Shown piece by piece: positions 36,659 to 45,778 of a stretch of DNA of 61,120 bases. Within the stretch, counting starts at the first letter, position 1. Each line of letters starts with the position of its first letter. The stretch comes from an uncultured Deferribacteres bacterium. Lineage in GTDB: Bacteria; Zhuqueibacterota; Zhuqueibacteria; Zhuqueibacterales; Geothermadaptataceae. The position numbers and the translations under genes were made by a program. The notes under the pieces were generated by a model. The model had not been told where the DNA came from, made no database searches, and saw only the letters and a program-made list of their open reading frames with translations. The stretch lies in contig CAXHAT010000014.1 in the NCBI GenBank assembly GCA_964014485.1, positions 1-61,120 on the forward strand, written 5' to 3'.

Positions 36659-39256
36659 TTACAGTTCGCTAGGTATACCATCTGATCCATTCGTCGGCTT
36701 TCTGCCCATGGCTGTTTCCATTCTCTTTTTAAAAGTAACCGCTGCTTGTATTTTGGATACATGCATTCGTGCTTCATCGTCACTCGCGAACAATGTTGGA
36801 ATAGCATCCAAAATCTCGATATGCCTTTCGGCTTCATCAAGTAGCACTTGATCAGAGCAGCCTGTACAAAGTTGCTGAAGCTCGGAGATCAACTGGCTCG
36901 CCAAGGCAGGAACGAGAAATATCAGTGGTGGCATTTTATCTGATTTTTTATCTTTCCTAAGCCGTTCCTGGATATATTCTTTCTGTCCCTGTAACCAATT
37001 AAAGCACTCTGCCCAGCCCTGCTGATCATTTTCTCTAAACGCATGCTGACCTTTCTTCATCTGCGCATCAACATTCTTCAACAGGTCGTCAGCATTTGGA
37101 AGTTTGTCGCTTGCGCGGGAAATCATATCACGGACTTCCCTTACCAGGTCTTCAAATTCTTCCATTGGAGGATGGAGTTGAGGCGCAGAGTCGGTGATTT
37201 CGTCCGTCATTCTCGAGAGTTCAGCCATACGTTCATTCGCCATCGCGACATCACCGCGATCGAGGGCCGTATTGAGGTCTTTTTTAATTCGCCTTGCCCG
37301 CATTTCCATGCTGCGGCGTTTTCCTTGCTGTAGTTCCTGGCTGGCGGATTCGAACTCAGCGAACACCTTTTCTGCATCATCTTTTGTAGGAGGAGGAGGT
37401 GGCGGTGGCGGCTGCAACTCCATTACGAATGGCTTGAGATCACCTACTATGGATCGAATGACCATGTCGCCCTGGGTATCCATGCTGATGCTAAAATCCA
37501 TCTTGGTACCAGGTTGCTGTTGCGTTTCAAATGACTGCAAAGCCTCTTTAATCTCAATATCACCTTGGTAGATTTTCAGCAACACATGATCAGGCTCCGT
37601 TGTTGCAAATGGCACCGTTTTTTCACAAGGCAAGGACTCACCGTTTTCTATGATGATATTTTTGACTTTTTCCCCTTTGCGGTTTTTAGTGTAAATCCAT
37701 ATAGTGTGCGAGTTGATTGGCGCTGTCCCTTTGTCAATATCTTCACCTTGCCCAACCGTTCTGCTAAACACGCCGAGAGTTTCTTCCGATAAATCTCTTA
37801 AAGTCAAAGTGATTTTCGAAGCCTGATCCGCCTCGACGATGATTTCTTCAAACATAAATCGGCCATGCTCATTGATTTCAACGACCTCCTGGACTTCATC
37901 TTCATCCTGACTCAAGCTCATTGTAAAGCCATTAAATGGTGAGTCGTCACCGCCCTGCTTTGCTGCTTTATGCGGCTCGACCCGGCCTTTGATTTTGAAT
38001 TCATCGTCTGCTGAGATAGAAGCACCATCAAGATGCAAACGGATTTTTTGCTCTTCGTCTTCAAAGATAACGCCCCCGGAAGATGCTGCGAGCAAGGCTG
38101 CTCCGATTGCGACACACTCATCTGGGGCGTCTTGTGATATGTCCACAGCTTTTGCTCTTCCACTTTCCCCATTCTTGGCGCAAAGTTTGCATCTAATCGT
38201 TTCCTTCACATAGGGAATCCAGGTTGAACCGCCCACGAGCAAAATGTAATCGATATCTTCGAGCCCTTTAAAGGTGCCCTTCGCCTTCTTCTTGGCATTC
38301 TCGATTGCCTCGTAGCAAGTTTGTATAGAGTTCGTGATGTAAGGCTCAATCAAATTCTCGAATTTCGCACGCGTAATCTTAAGTTCAACATTTAGGGAAT
38401 TCCCGTCTTTATCTGGAAGAGGACATGCGGCGTCGGCAAAAAGCATTACGTCCTCATCCGAGAGCTTTTTCTTGACCCCTTCGGCGCGGTAGGTAAAATA
38501 ATCGAAGCGCGCCTTGTCCTGCGGATCCTGTTCAATATTCAAATCCATATTATATTGGGCTTTATTCAACGATTGAATGATGTACTCAGCCAAAGCCATA
38601 TCAAAAGTATCGCCACCGAGTACATTGTCACCGGCGGTCCCTATGACATCAAAACTACCCCCGATTCGTCGCAAGACGGAAACATCGAACGTTCCGCCAC
38701 CTAAATCATAAACCAGAAAATTGCCATCGCGGATTTTATGTTTCCAACAGTAATAAATTGCCGCTGCTGTTGGTTCAAACAACAGTTCAAGAGTTTGAAT
38801 ACCGGCAAGTTTGGCTGCTTCTCGTGTAGCTTCAATCTTGGGCTGATCAAAATAGGCAGGGATCGTAATAATCCCACGATCCAAAACATATTCCAAACTG
38901 CTCTGCCCCTGGAGTTTTTCCTTGACCAAATCGTAACCGCATTTTTTGAGAAATTTCAAAATTTCTGCAGAAACGTCTTCAGGTTTATACGTTTTGCCAG
39001 CGTGTTCTATCTCAACCCCATAGCCCATCTGCCGCTTAATCGAACGAATCGGCGTTGGTTCTTTATGCCAGGTGAGTAACGCATCGTCACCGACCTTAAA
39101 ACAATCGTTTTCAGCGTCCCATTGTATAACAGAGGGGATGGTTGCTTTGCCAAATTCGTTTCGCCAGAGGTGTACATTTTTGTCCTCGATATCCATAACC
39201 CCAATGAGAGACCGGGTGGTGCCAAGATCGATTCCGACTGCTTTGCTTATCTTCAC
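36659..39256 (-). CDS. Specialised Hsp70/DnaK-family chaperone
   Basis: GIDLGTT, TIPAYF, EPTAAA, YDLGGGTFDVS, GGDTFD, LVGGSTWIP and PDECVAIGAA. Divergent substrate-binding half with a poly-Pro linker. Confidence 0.92.
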   Translation of the reverse strand: MKISKAVGIDLGTTRSLIGVMDIEDKNVHLWRNEFGKATIPSVIQWDAENDCFKVGDDALLTWHKEPTPIRSIKRQMGYGVEIEHAGKTYKPEDVSAEILKFLKKCGYDLVKEKLQGQSSLEYVLDRGIITIPAYFDQPKIEATREAAKLAGIQTLELLFEPTAAAIYYCWKHKIRDGNFLVYDLGGGTFDVSVLRRIGGSFDVIGTAGDNVLGGDTFDMALAEYIIQSLNKAQYNMDLNIEQDPQDKARFDYFTYRAEGVKKKLSDEDVMLFADAACPLPDKDGNSLNVELKITRAKFENLIEPYITNSIQTCYEAIENAKKKAKGTFKGLEDIDYILLVGGSTWIPYVKETIRCKLCAKNGESGRAKAVDISQDAPDECVAIGAALLAASSGGVIFEDEEQKIRLHLDGASISADDEFKIKGRVEPHKAAKQGGDDSPFNGFTMSLSQDEDEVQEVVEINEHGRFMFEEIIVEADQASKITLTLRDLSEETLGVFSRTVGQGEDIDKGTAPINSHTIWIYTKNRKGEKVKNIIIENGESLPCEKTVPFATTEPDHVLLKIYQGDIEIKEALQSFETQQQPGTKMDFSISMDTQGDMVIRSIVGDLKPFVMELQPPPPPPPPTKDDAEKVFAEFESASQELQQGKRRSMEMRARRIKKDLNTALDRGDVAMANERMAELSRMTDEITDSAPQLHPPMEEFEDLVREVRDMISRASDKLPNADDLLKNVDAQMKKGQHAFRENDQQGWAECFNWLQGQKEYIQERLRKDKKSDKMPPLIFLVPALASQLISELQQLCTGCSDQVLLDEAERHIEILDAIPTLFASDDEARMHVSKIQAAVTFKKRMETAMGRKPTNGSDGIPSEL

Positions 39257-39278
39257 GCTTGCCTCCTTGTTTTACTTC

Positions 39279-39761
39279 CTAAGAAGATTTTGATTTTTGA
39301 GTTTCATCAGCCGATGCTTCAGGTTTGAGGACTTGAATTCCCCCTCTTATTATAACTTTCCCATCCAGGGAAATGGCGGGCGAAATCGTCACATTCACCG
39401 TGAATTCCTGAACATCCTTGCTTGGCAGTGCAGTAATAACATCAAATGCCTTGCCCGTATTTTCGTCATAAACGCCTGGTTTTGCTTCAAAAATATCGAA
39501 GTTTAGCCGTTTTGTCGCATCCTCAAAATTCTTGAGATAGATGTTAAGCAACGTGCTCTTTTCTTGCTCGATTTCCAGTGTTTTCAGTACGTTTCTTATC
39601 GCCCAATAGTGTGGCAGGGCTTGGGCAAATTTCATATAGACGCTGCTGAGTTCCTTCTCCTTCGTAGCGGCCAACTTCTCTTTTTCTTCCTGCGCTTCTT
39701 GTGTCATGCGCTTTATGATCGCCAAAGGTGAAGCACTGTTGTTCGTAAAGATATCTTCCAT
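39279..39761 (-). CDS. GrpE-like nucleotide exchange factor
   Basis: N-terminal long helix and C-terminal beta domain TISPAISLDGKVIIRGGIQV, directly upstream of Hsp70. Confidence 0.7.
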   Translation of the reverse strand: MEDIFTNNSASPLAIIKRMTQEAQEEKEKLAATKEKELSSVYMKFAQALPHYWAIRNVLKTLEIEQEKSTLLNIYLKNFEDATKRLNFDIFEAKPGVYDENTGKAFDVITALPSKDVQEFTVNVTISPAISLDGKVIIRGGIQVLKPEASADETQKSKSS

Positions 39762-39764
39762 AAT

Positions 39765-40262
39765 TTATCCTTTAAAGAGATGAGGAATCTTAATCTTCGT
39801 TTTTGGGATCGACTTGAGACCAGCTTTACTTTTCTTTTTCAGCCCCGCAGCCTTTTCGGCGGCATCGATCTCATCTAAATGAGTTTTTATGCCTATGTTC
39901 TGGCGAATTTCATCCAAAACGGCTTTTTCAGCATCTTCAACAGTCGGCGATTCCGCATCAAAACTGAGTCCCATCTGCGTAAATGCCTCAGCTTGGACGT
40001 CGTCTGACAACTTCACAGGCTTTCTGTTGCGTTTGCGCAAATTTTTGATTTCTTCGGCGAAATAATACAGCCCGGGAATCGCAGTGAGAAATGCTGGAAA
40101 GAGCTTATCCACGTTTTGGGTCAACTCTTCCCGGGCTTCTCTGGCGATTCTTGGAGCCTCTTCGCTGCTATCTGCGAGCTTCTGTGAGCGCAGGCGAATT
40201 TCCTCGTCAGTTGCTTCAGGGCCAAGCAGCAAAGTCACATATGGGTTTTTCCACTTTTTCAT
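39765..40262 (-). CDS. Divergent J-domain-like protein without an HPD motif
   Basis: KNPYVTLLLGPEATDEEIR...IAREAREEL resembles J-domain helices. Adjacent to GrpE and Hsp70. Confidence 0.6.
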   Translation of the reverse strand: MKKWKNPYVTLLLGPEATDEEIRLRSQKLADSSEEAPRIAREAREELTQNVDKLFPAFLTAIPGLYYFAEEIKNLRKRNRKPVKLSDDVQAEAFTQMGLSFDAESPTVEDAEKAVLDEIRQNIGIKTHLDEIDAAEKAAGLKKKSKAGLKSIPKTKIKIPHLFKG

Positions 40263-40275
40263 CTGTTCTTGCCTT

Positions 40276-43200
40276 TTATGATAAACTGCTGATATCTTCA
40301 GCTAATCGTTCCTGAGCTCTCTTGCTGTGTGAAAAGAGCTGCTTGAACTTTTTGGTTCTTTCGAGGGCACGTCCCGCAGTAATTTTGTTGTCATTAAATT
40401 CTTCGATGAACCGGTCTCGGTAAAACCATAGAATCTTGTCGTGCGTCGGGTCCCACTTGAGGATTTGTTCAATGTTGTTGTAAGGCTTCTTTTGGTTTTC
40501 AACCAGCGCTTTAAAATAGAAATGATCTGCCAATGCTTGATTTTCAAAGAGATGACTGTTCGCTTCACCTGGCTCACAATGAGGCCTCAAGGCGTCAGCA
40601 AATGCATTGGAGTAGTCGTTTATCACAGAATTAATCCATCCGGAAGCCTTACTGCCATCCTTGATTTGCATGGATTTGGTATTTGCTCTATCTTCATGAT
40701 CTTTGTTCCAGCGGTTGCAATAGTCGAGACCCAGGACAAGTGATTCCTTGTCCTTTGGAAACACAGCGAGAATACGCTGAATAATCTCTATACCTAATTG
40801 GTAATTGAACCTGTAGAAGACTTTTTGATCATCTAACGGTGCCATTTGGCTTTCTAAGTTGCCTTTCTTTTCTTTGACCCAGTTGGCGCCACATTCTTCA
40901 AACAAGCCTTGAACCGTAGAAACGACCTCATCATTCAGTTTATATTTAGCGAAACCAGCCTCACGCAACAGCCCCGAAATATTGGTGGCAAGTTCATGAA
41001 TTTGTCCAGCATAGAGTCGAGCTACCGGCAATTTGTCTGCTCCAAAAAAGTGATTCAGAGCATCGCTATATATCTTCACAAACCACTCAAAAACGGGGAA
41101 GTGCATATACTCCCTAGCTTCCTCTAAATACCGTTGATTTTCAGGAAGCTGTTCACGCTTTTTAAGATACCATTCGTCAAAACCCTCTAGAGTATAATTG
41201 AGAACACGGATCTGGGTTAGAAAAGCAAGCAGTGGGCCATATATCTGTAAGTTCATAGATTTGCGATCTTGCATAGATTCAAGCCAGCAATTCATAACAG
41301 CAATGACCTGCGCAAGTCTGTCGAAACGCATTTTCTTCTCTGCTTTCACATAAGCAGTCGCTTGTTTGATAAAGGCCTCGACCGTATTCGGAAATTGTAG
41401 ATCTTCAAGTAATGCTTTTGAAAGTGGGATCAATTCTCCGATTTCAGTAGAATCAAAAATTCCGGTCAATGCATTCTGACACTTATCCTGGTTTTGGCAA
41501 GCACTCCTCAGCGCCTGTAGAGCTTTGATCTCATTCTCATGAATCCCATCAATCTTGTTTCGCTGCACAAAATCAAGAATAGGTGGCACAGCCTCTGAAA
41601 TTGTTTCTGCAGCAACAGAAGCTTCCGTCTTCCCGACCTTTTCCAATAGAAATTTGACGGCTTTTTTATAGATGAACATTCCCCATTTCCCGCTGGCCTC
41701 CATGTCAGGCATACGTGTTAGAAGCTCCTCAAACGGGCTTGTCACAACAGCAAGAAGTGCCTGGAATTTTGGATCCATGGTTTTATGAAGCAGTCCACTA
41801 AGCTTATCATCCTTTGTCGCACCGGCATTTGCCAAAGATTGCCTCATCAGATGAGATTTATAAAGAGCAGGTAATGCATCGATGCCAATTTTTGGCTTTG
41901 CAGCCAGGCTCATAAAATCAAGAAAAATCGGATCATCCAAAGCAATCGCAATTTGAACGCCAAGCAGGATTAAGGGTTTAAAGGTGGAATGCTTCTGAAA
42001 ATGTGTGCAAAAATTGAGGGCTGCCCGTAGAAATTGTGGCCAGTCCTGCGATTCCGCACAGACGTGTACTTCCAACAAGCACAGGCCTTCGTGCTCGCCA
42101 TTTCGCTCCAGGGTCTTGATATGTTCGAGAGCACGCGCGTACTCAGCATTTTCAGCGGCCATATACACAGCGACAAGTTTAAAAACAGGATGATCTTCTG
42201 AATAGATTGTTTTGTATTTGTCATGAATCTCACTGGCGGATAGGGGGGATTTGAGATCTTTATAAAACTGAGCCGCATAAAAATCTTCCCTGGTCTTGCC
42301 GACTATTTTTAGCAGGCGGAGCAAATGCTCTTCGGCAATTAAATCTTCCGGCGAGAGGCCGCCGAGGTGGCGCGAAGCAAGCTCTTTGATCACATCTTTG
42401 CTGTAGCTGGTTTTCCAGGCTTGAATGTCATCCAGACAAGAAAGGAATGCACCTGTGTCTTGCTCACACAATGCCTTGCTCACCGTATACCATTCGCTGG
42501 CAAATTCCGGGAAGTCGGTCTCGGCAATTTCTGTGTTTGGATTTTCAAGTTGCTGCAATATCGCCTGAACAAGGCTTCGCAATGAGCAGACGCGTGCTTT
42601 AAGAAGGGCATCTGCTTTGTGTAGATGTTCCAGCGCTTCTTCGCTCAAGTCTGTGCCTGGGTAAAGTGCAAATTTAAGTAATTCACCCTTGGTTGGAAAA
42701 GCATGGGTAAAGGAGCACCACGCGAGAAGTTCTAAAGATTCTGGAGACAGATGCGACTCATGAGGAGTAAGCGCTGCAAGCGCCTGTTCATTTTCACCGC
42801 AATTGGCCAAGGCTTGTGCGAAAAATTCTCGCCACAAAGTGATGCCTGGCGCTTTATTGCAGCACGTTTCCAAAAGCGTGCTTGCTTCAACAAAATTGCC
42901 ATCCTCAAAAATCTGCTGACAAACAAGAAACAATCCTGCCGGCAGACCGCGCTCGGCAATTCTTTTGGCATCAGCAATATCTTCTGGTTTAAATTTCTCG
43001 CCTTTCGAGCGCTTAAGTGCTAAAGCAATCATCTTTTGTTCATTGACGTGGATTTGTCGAGTCTCTCCTTCGATTCGCATCCACTCCAATTCACCGGTAT
43101 CTCTATGTACAATCGCCCGCCGAATGCTGTTCAGACAATCATTTACACTTGTAATCTCATCGACAGACTTTTTCGGCATCTCGCCAAGCAGCGCGCTCAA

Positions 43201-44460
43201 ACGCTCCTGACTGCTTGAACGAAGATCATTGGGGAACCGGCTCACGCGACTTATTGCCGCTTCATATCCCTCGCGGAAATACGTCATTTCAACAATCCAC
43301 GGTGCAATAAATGCCTTGATTTCCGGTGTAGTTAACTCAGAATGAAGAAGCTCTTCGAACTTTTTGATATCAGGATTGTTTTGATATGGGAATTCCTTTG
43401 AGCCAAGCTGATTTACCCATTTTTCCCAGGGGCCGCTTACCTGATTATAAGTCGCCTCAATATTGACGTCTCGAAGATGGCGTGTCGCATACGAAGCATA
43501 GACCATGAGCATAAAGTGAAAAATGGGGCGCGGAAAATTGCGATCCTTGGGAGGCAAAATGGTGAGCTTGGCTATTTCTGGGTATTGGCTATTCAGGGAT
43601 TGAATAAAGGCCTTAATGATTGTTTGGTAATTGCCGGCCCATGGGATTTGAATTTCTCCATTTGTGCTGGCGAATTCAGCGAGCTTGTCCATTTTCAGTG
43701 TCATGCAGGCGATTGCAAAAACAACTTCTTTTGCGAAAGCCTCAGGCTGGTTTTCAAAATAATCATAAAACTCTCTATCGAGCTGGTCAGGCCGTGAGAC
43801 AACATAGCGACCTTGCCACAACCCCAAAACAAGTTTGGTGGCAAGTTGAATCGTGTAGTTGGGTGGAAATTCCCCCCGGATCCATTCAAGTAAGCCCTTG
43901 TTTTGTGAATACGCTGGCTCTGCAAATGTGGTGGGCACAATTTCTTCAAAATTGGGCACGGCAAACTGTAAAATAGTATCGCGGCCTTCAAGGCTTGTCC
44001 ATAAACCACGAAAGAAAGCCAGAGAATTGGGCGAGGAAGGTGCGATCGTACTATAAATCAGACAGGCAATGTGCGCATACTTCTTCTCTAAAACATTTGC
44101 TGTAAACTCGATCAATTTGGGGTTGAGCTTATTGAGCGCAATCACCTTGCACAGTGATTTAATCGTCATTCTGACGGGCTGCTTGTTTATGTCAACCGTA
44201 TTGATACAACAAAAGACAACATGCTCTATAAGCTGCTTTGCAGTGATTTCATCAATCGAGCTTTTGTAACCGAGCTCCAGAATCCTGTTAAGGACAGTCA
44301 GCCATTCCTGCTTTTCATCGGCGGTAAACTTTTTTTGTTTTGCGAGCTTGTCAGGAAATGCCAAGTATTTTCGAAAGCAAGAGAAAAAATCATGATGTTG
44401 ATTGACTGCTTTAACAAGTTGATCAACGGTATTCTGTGTGTATATCTTTCCAAAAGCCAT
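40276..44460 (-). CDS. Giant alpha-helical, TPR-like solenoid protein
   Basis: About 1390 aa with TPR-like units (GNFVEASTLLETCCNKAP, AEYARALEHIKTL). Start at ATG 44460 after AAGGA. Confidence 0.7.
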   Translation of the reverse strand: MAFGKIYTQNTVDQLVKAVNQHHDFFSCFRKYLAFPDKLAKQKKFTADEKQEWLTVLNRILELGYKSSIDEITAKQLIEHVVFCCINTVDINKQPVRMTIKSLCKVIALNKLNPKLIEFTANVLEKKYAHIACLIYSTIAPSSPNSLAFFRGLWTSLEGRDTILQFAVPNFEEIVPTTFAEPAYSQNKGLLEWIRGEFPPNYTIQLATKLVLGLWQGRYVVSRPDQLDREFYDYFENQPEAFAKEVVFAIACMTLKMDKLAEFASTNGEIQIPWAGNYQTIIKAFIQSLNSQYPEIAKLTILPPKDRNFPRPIFHFMLMVYASYATRHLRDVNIEATYNQVSGPWEKWVNQLGSKEFPYQNNPDIKKFEELLHSELTTPEIKAFIAPWIVEMTYFREGYEAAISRVSRFPNDLRSSSQERLSALLGEMPKKSVDEITSVNDCLNSIRRAIVHRDTGELEWMRIEGETRQIHVNEQKMIALALKRSKGEKFKPEDIADAKRIAERGLPAGLFLVCQQIFEDGNFVEASTLLETCCNKAPGITLWREFFAQALANCGENEQALAALTPHESHLSPESLELLAWCSFTHAFPTKGELLKFALYPGTDLSEEALEHLHKADALLKARVCSLRSLVQAILQQLENPNTEIAETDFPEFASEWYTVSKALCEQDTGAFLSCLDDIQAWKTSYSKDVIKELASRHLGGLSPEDLIAEEHLLRLLKIVGKTREDFYAAQFYKDLKSPLSASEIHDKYKTIYSEDHPVFKLVAVYMAAENAEYARALEHIKTLERNGEHEGLCLLEVHVCAESQDWPQFLRAALNFCTHFQKHSTFKPLILLGVQIAIALDDPIFLDFMSLAAKPKIGIDALPALYKSHLMRQSLANAGATKDDKLSGLLHKTMDPKFQALLAVVTSPFEELLTRMPDMEASGKWGMFIYKKAVKFLLEKVGKTEASVAAETISEAVPPILDFVQRNKIDGIHENEIKALQALRSACQNQDKCQNALTGIFDSTEIGELIPLSKALLEDLQFPNTVEAFIKQATAYVKAEKKMRFDRLAQVIAVMNCWLESMQDRKSMNLQIYGPLLAFLTQIRVLNYTLEGFDEWYLKKREQLPENQRYLEEAREYMHFPVFEWFVKIYSDALNHFFGADKLPVARLYAGQIHELATNISGLLREAGFAKYKLNDEVVSTVQGLFEECGANWVKEKKGNLESQMAPLDDQKVFYRFNYQLGIEIIQRILAVFPKDKESLVLGLDYCNRWNKDHEDRANTKSMQIKDGSKASGWINSVINDYSNAFADALRPHCEPGEANSHLFENQALADHFYFKALVENQKKPYNNIEQILKWDPTHDKILWFYRDRFIEEFNDNKITAGRALERTKKFKQLFSHSKRAQERLAEDISSLS

Positions 44461-44461
44461 G

Positions 44462-45778
44462 CTATTCCTTCTCAAGTCTTTCCAGTTTCCTTTTTAGGAT
44501 GTTCGCCTTCAAGGGCATCTCACACTCCAGGTAGAAGTTGAGCTCTGCTTCCAGCAAGGTGCGCCGTTCGCTTTTTGCTTGTAACCAGCGCATCTCTTCG
44601 TTTTCAGTTCTTAACTTGTGGAACATGCCGGCGGCCGTTTGTTTTTTTTCAGCCGGTTGATTCTTGTCAAGAGTACGGGCAAAGGAAATCGTCCTGCATT
44701 TCCTAAGAAGAAAATCGCATCTATCACGCCTGTCAGGTTCCATCGACAACCCTTTCTCCGCCATTTCGCATGCCCTTAGCCAATCCCCTTCTTTTTGCGC
44801 GTTTTCGCTCAATCTGAGACGATCCTCTCTTGTTAAGTCTTCGGCTTCAATGGCGACAAGCAGTTTACCTGCATCCTTATATCTTTTCGTGTGAGTGTAT
44901 TCCAGACATTTCATCAAGATGTTGCAAATGCGCTCACTGCAGGTGTTATTCATACTCTCCGGCGAAATAGGTCGGATTGTTTTGCGGAGACGATGCAGGA
45001 TATTGATACCTTTCATGCCCGCCGGCAATTCTTCGCCTTCAAAAAGCTGGTATGGCAATTTACCCGTGAGCATTTCATACCATATGAGACCAATTGAAAA
45101 TACATCGGATTGGGTGTAACTTATCCCCTCAGCCGTCAACGTTTCTGGTGCCATGTAAGCATAGGTCCCGGCGACCCCTTTAGCCCAACCTGAAGCTTTT
45201 TTAAGCCGAACGGCGAGCCCAAAATCTGCAATTTTTATGTTTTGTTTAGGCGTTAAAAGAATATTGTCTGGTTTTAAATCTCGATGGATCAAGGGAGGGT
45301 CAAGGTGATGCAACGCGCTGAGCCCTTCACAAATCGCTTTAATATATTTGAGGGCTGTGTCTTCTGGCATTTTACTTCTGCAAGCGCTCATTTCCGCCTG
45401 TAGGCTGCCACCATCAACATATTCCATTATGATGAACCCGAACCTGTTTTCAGGCATAATGCCAAAATCATAAACCCGAATCATTTTATCCAACGTGCTG
45501 GAATTGGTTATATTGGCTTCGGCTCTTGCCTGGAGAATGGCCTCTTCAAAAATGAGGCTTTCCGTTCCAGGCTCAATGGATTCTTTGATGATTTTGATAG
45601 CTACATTGCGAATCTTCTTGCCAAATTTTAGATGGCTGCCCTTGAACACGGCGCCAAAACTACCCTCGTCTAGATATTTCTCGATCAAATATCGATCATC
45701 GATGGTGACACCGATCATGCTCTGCTTAATTTCATTCATTTGGATAATTACCGTTTGACAGAGTACGCTAGTACCCAC
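44462..45778 (-). CDS. Hanks-type Ser/Thr protein kinase with C-terminal TPR-like helices
   Basis: EGSFGAVF, VAIK, HRDLKPDNILL, DFG, GTYAYMAPE and SDVFSIG are all intact. No TM helix. Confidence 0.93.
   Translation of the reverse strand: MGTSVLCQTVIIQMNEIKQSMIGVTIDDRYLIEKYLDEGSFGAVFKGSHLKFGKKIRNVAIKIIKESIEPGTESLIFEEAILQARAEANITNSSTLDKMIRVYDFGIMPENRFGFIIMEYVDGGSLQAEMSACRSKMPEDTALKYIKAICEGLSALHHLDPPLIHRDLKPDNILLTPKQNIKIADFGLAVRLKKASGWAKGVAGTYAYMAPETLTAEGISYTQSDVFSIGLIWYEMLTGKLPYQLFEGEELPAGMKGINILHRLRKTIRPISPESMNNTCSERICNILMKCLEYTHTKRYKDAGKLLVAIEAEDLTREDRLRLSENAQKEGDWLRACEMAEKGLSMEPDRRDRCDFLLRKCRTISFARTLDKNQPAEKKQTAAGMFHKLRTENEEMRWLQAKSERRTLLEAELNFYLECEMPLKANILKRKLERLEKE

Noticed and set aside
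29755..40262. Housekeeping dnaK-grpE-dnaJ-htpG heat-shock operon
   Set aside because: All members are strongly divergent, the J-like protein lacks HPD, and I saw no hrcA gene or CIRCE element.
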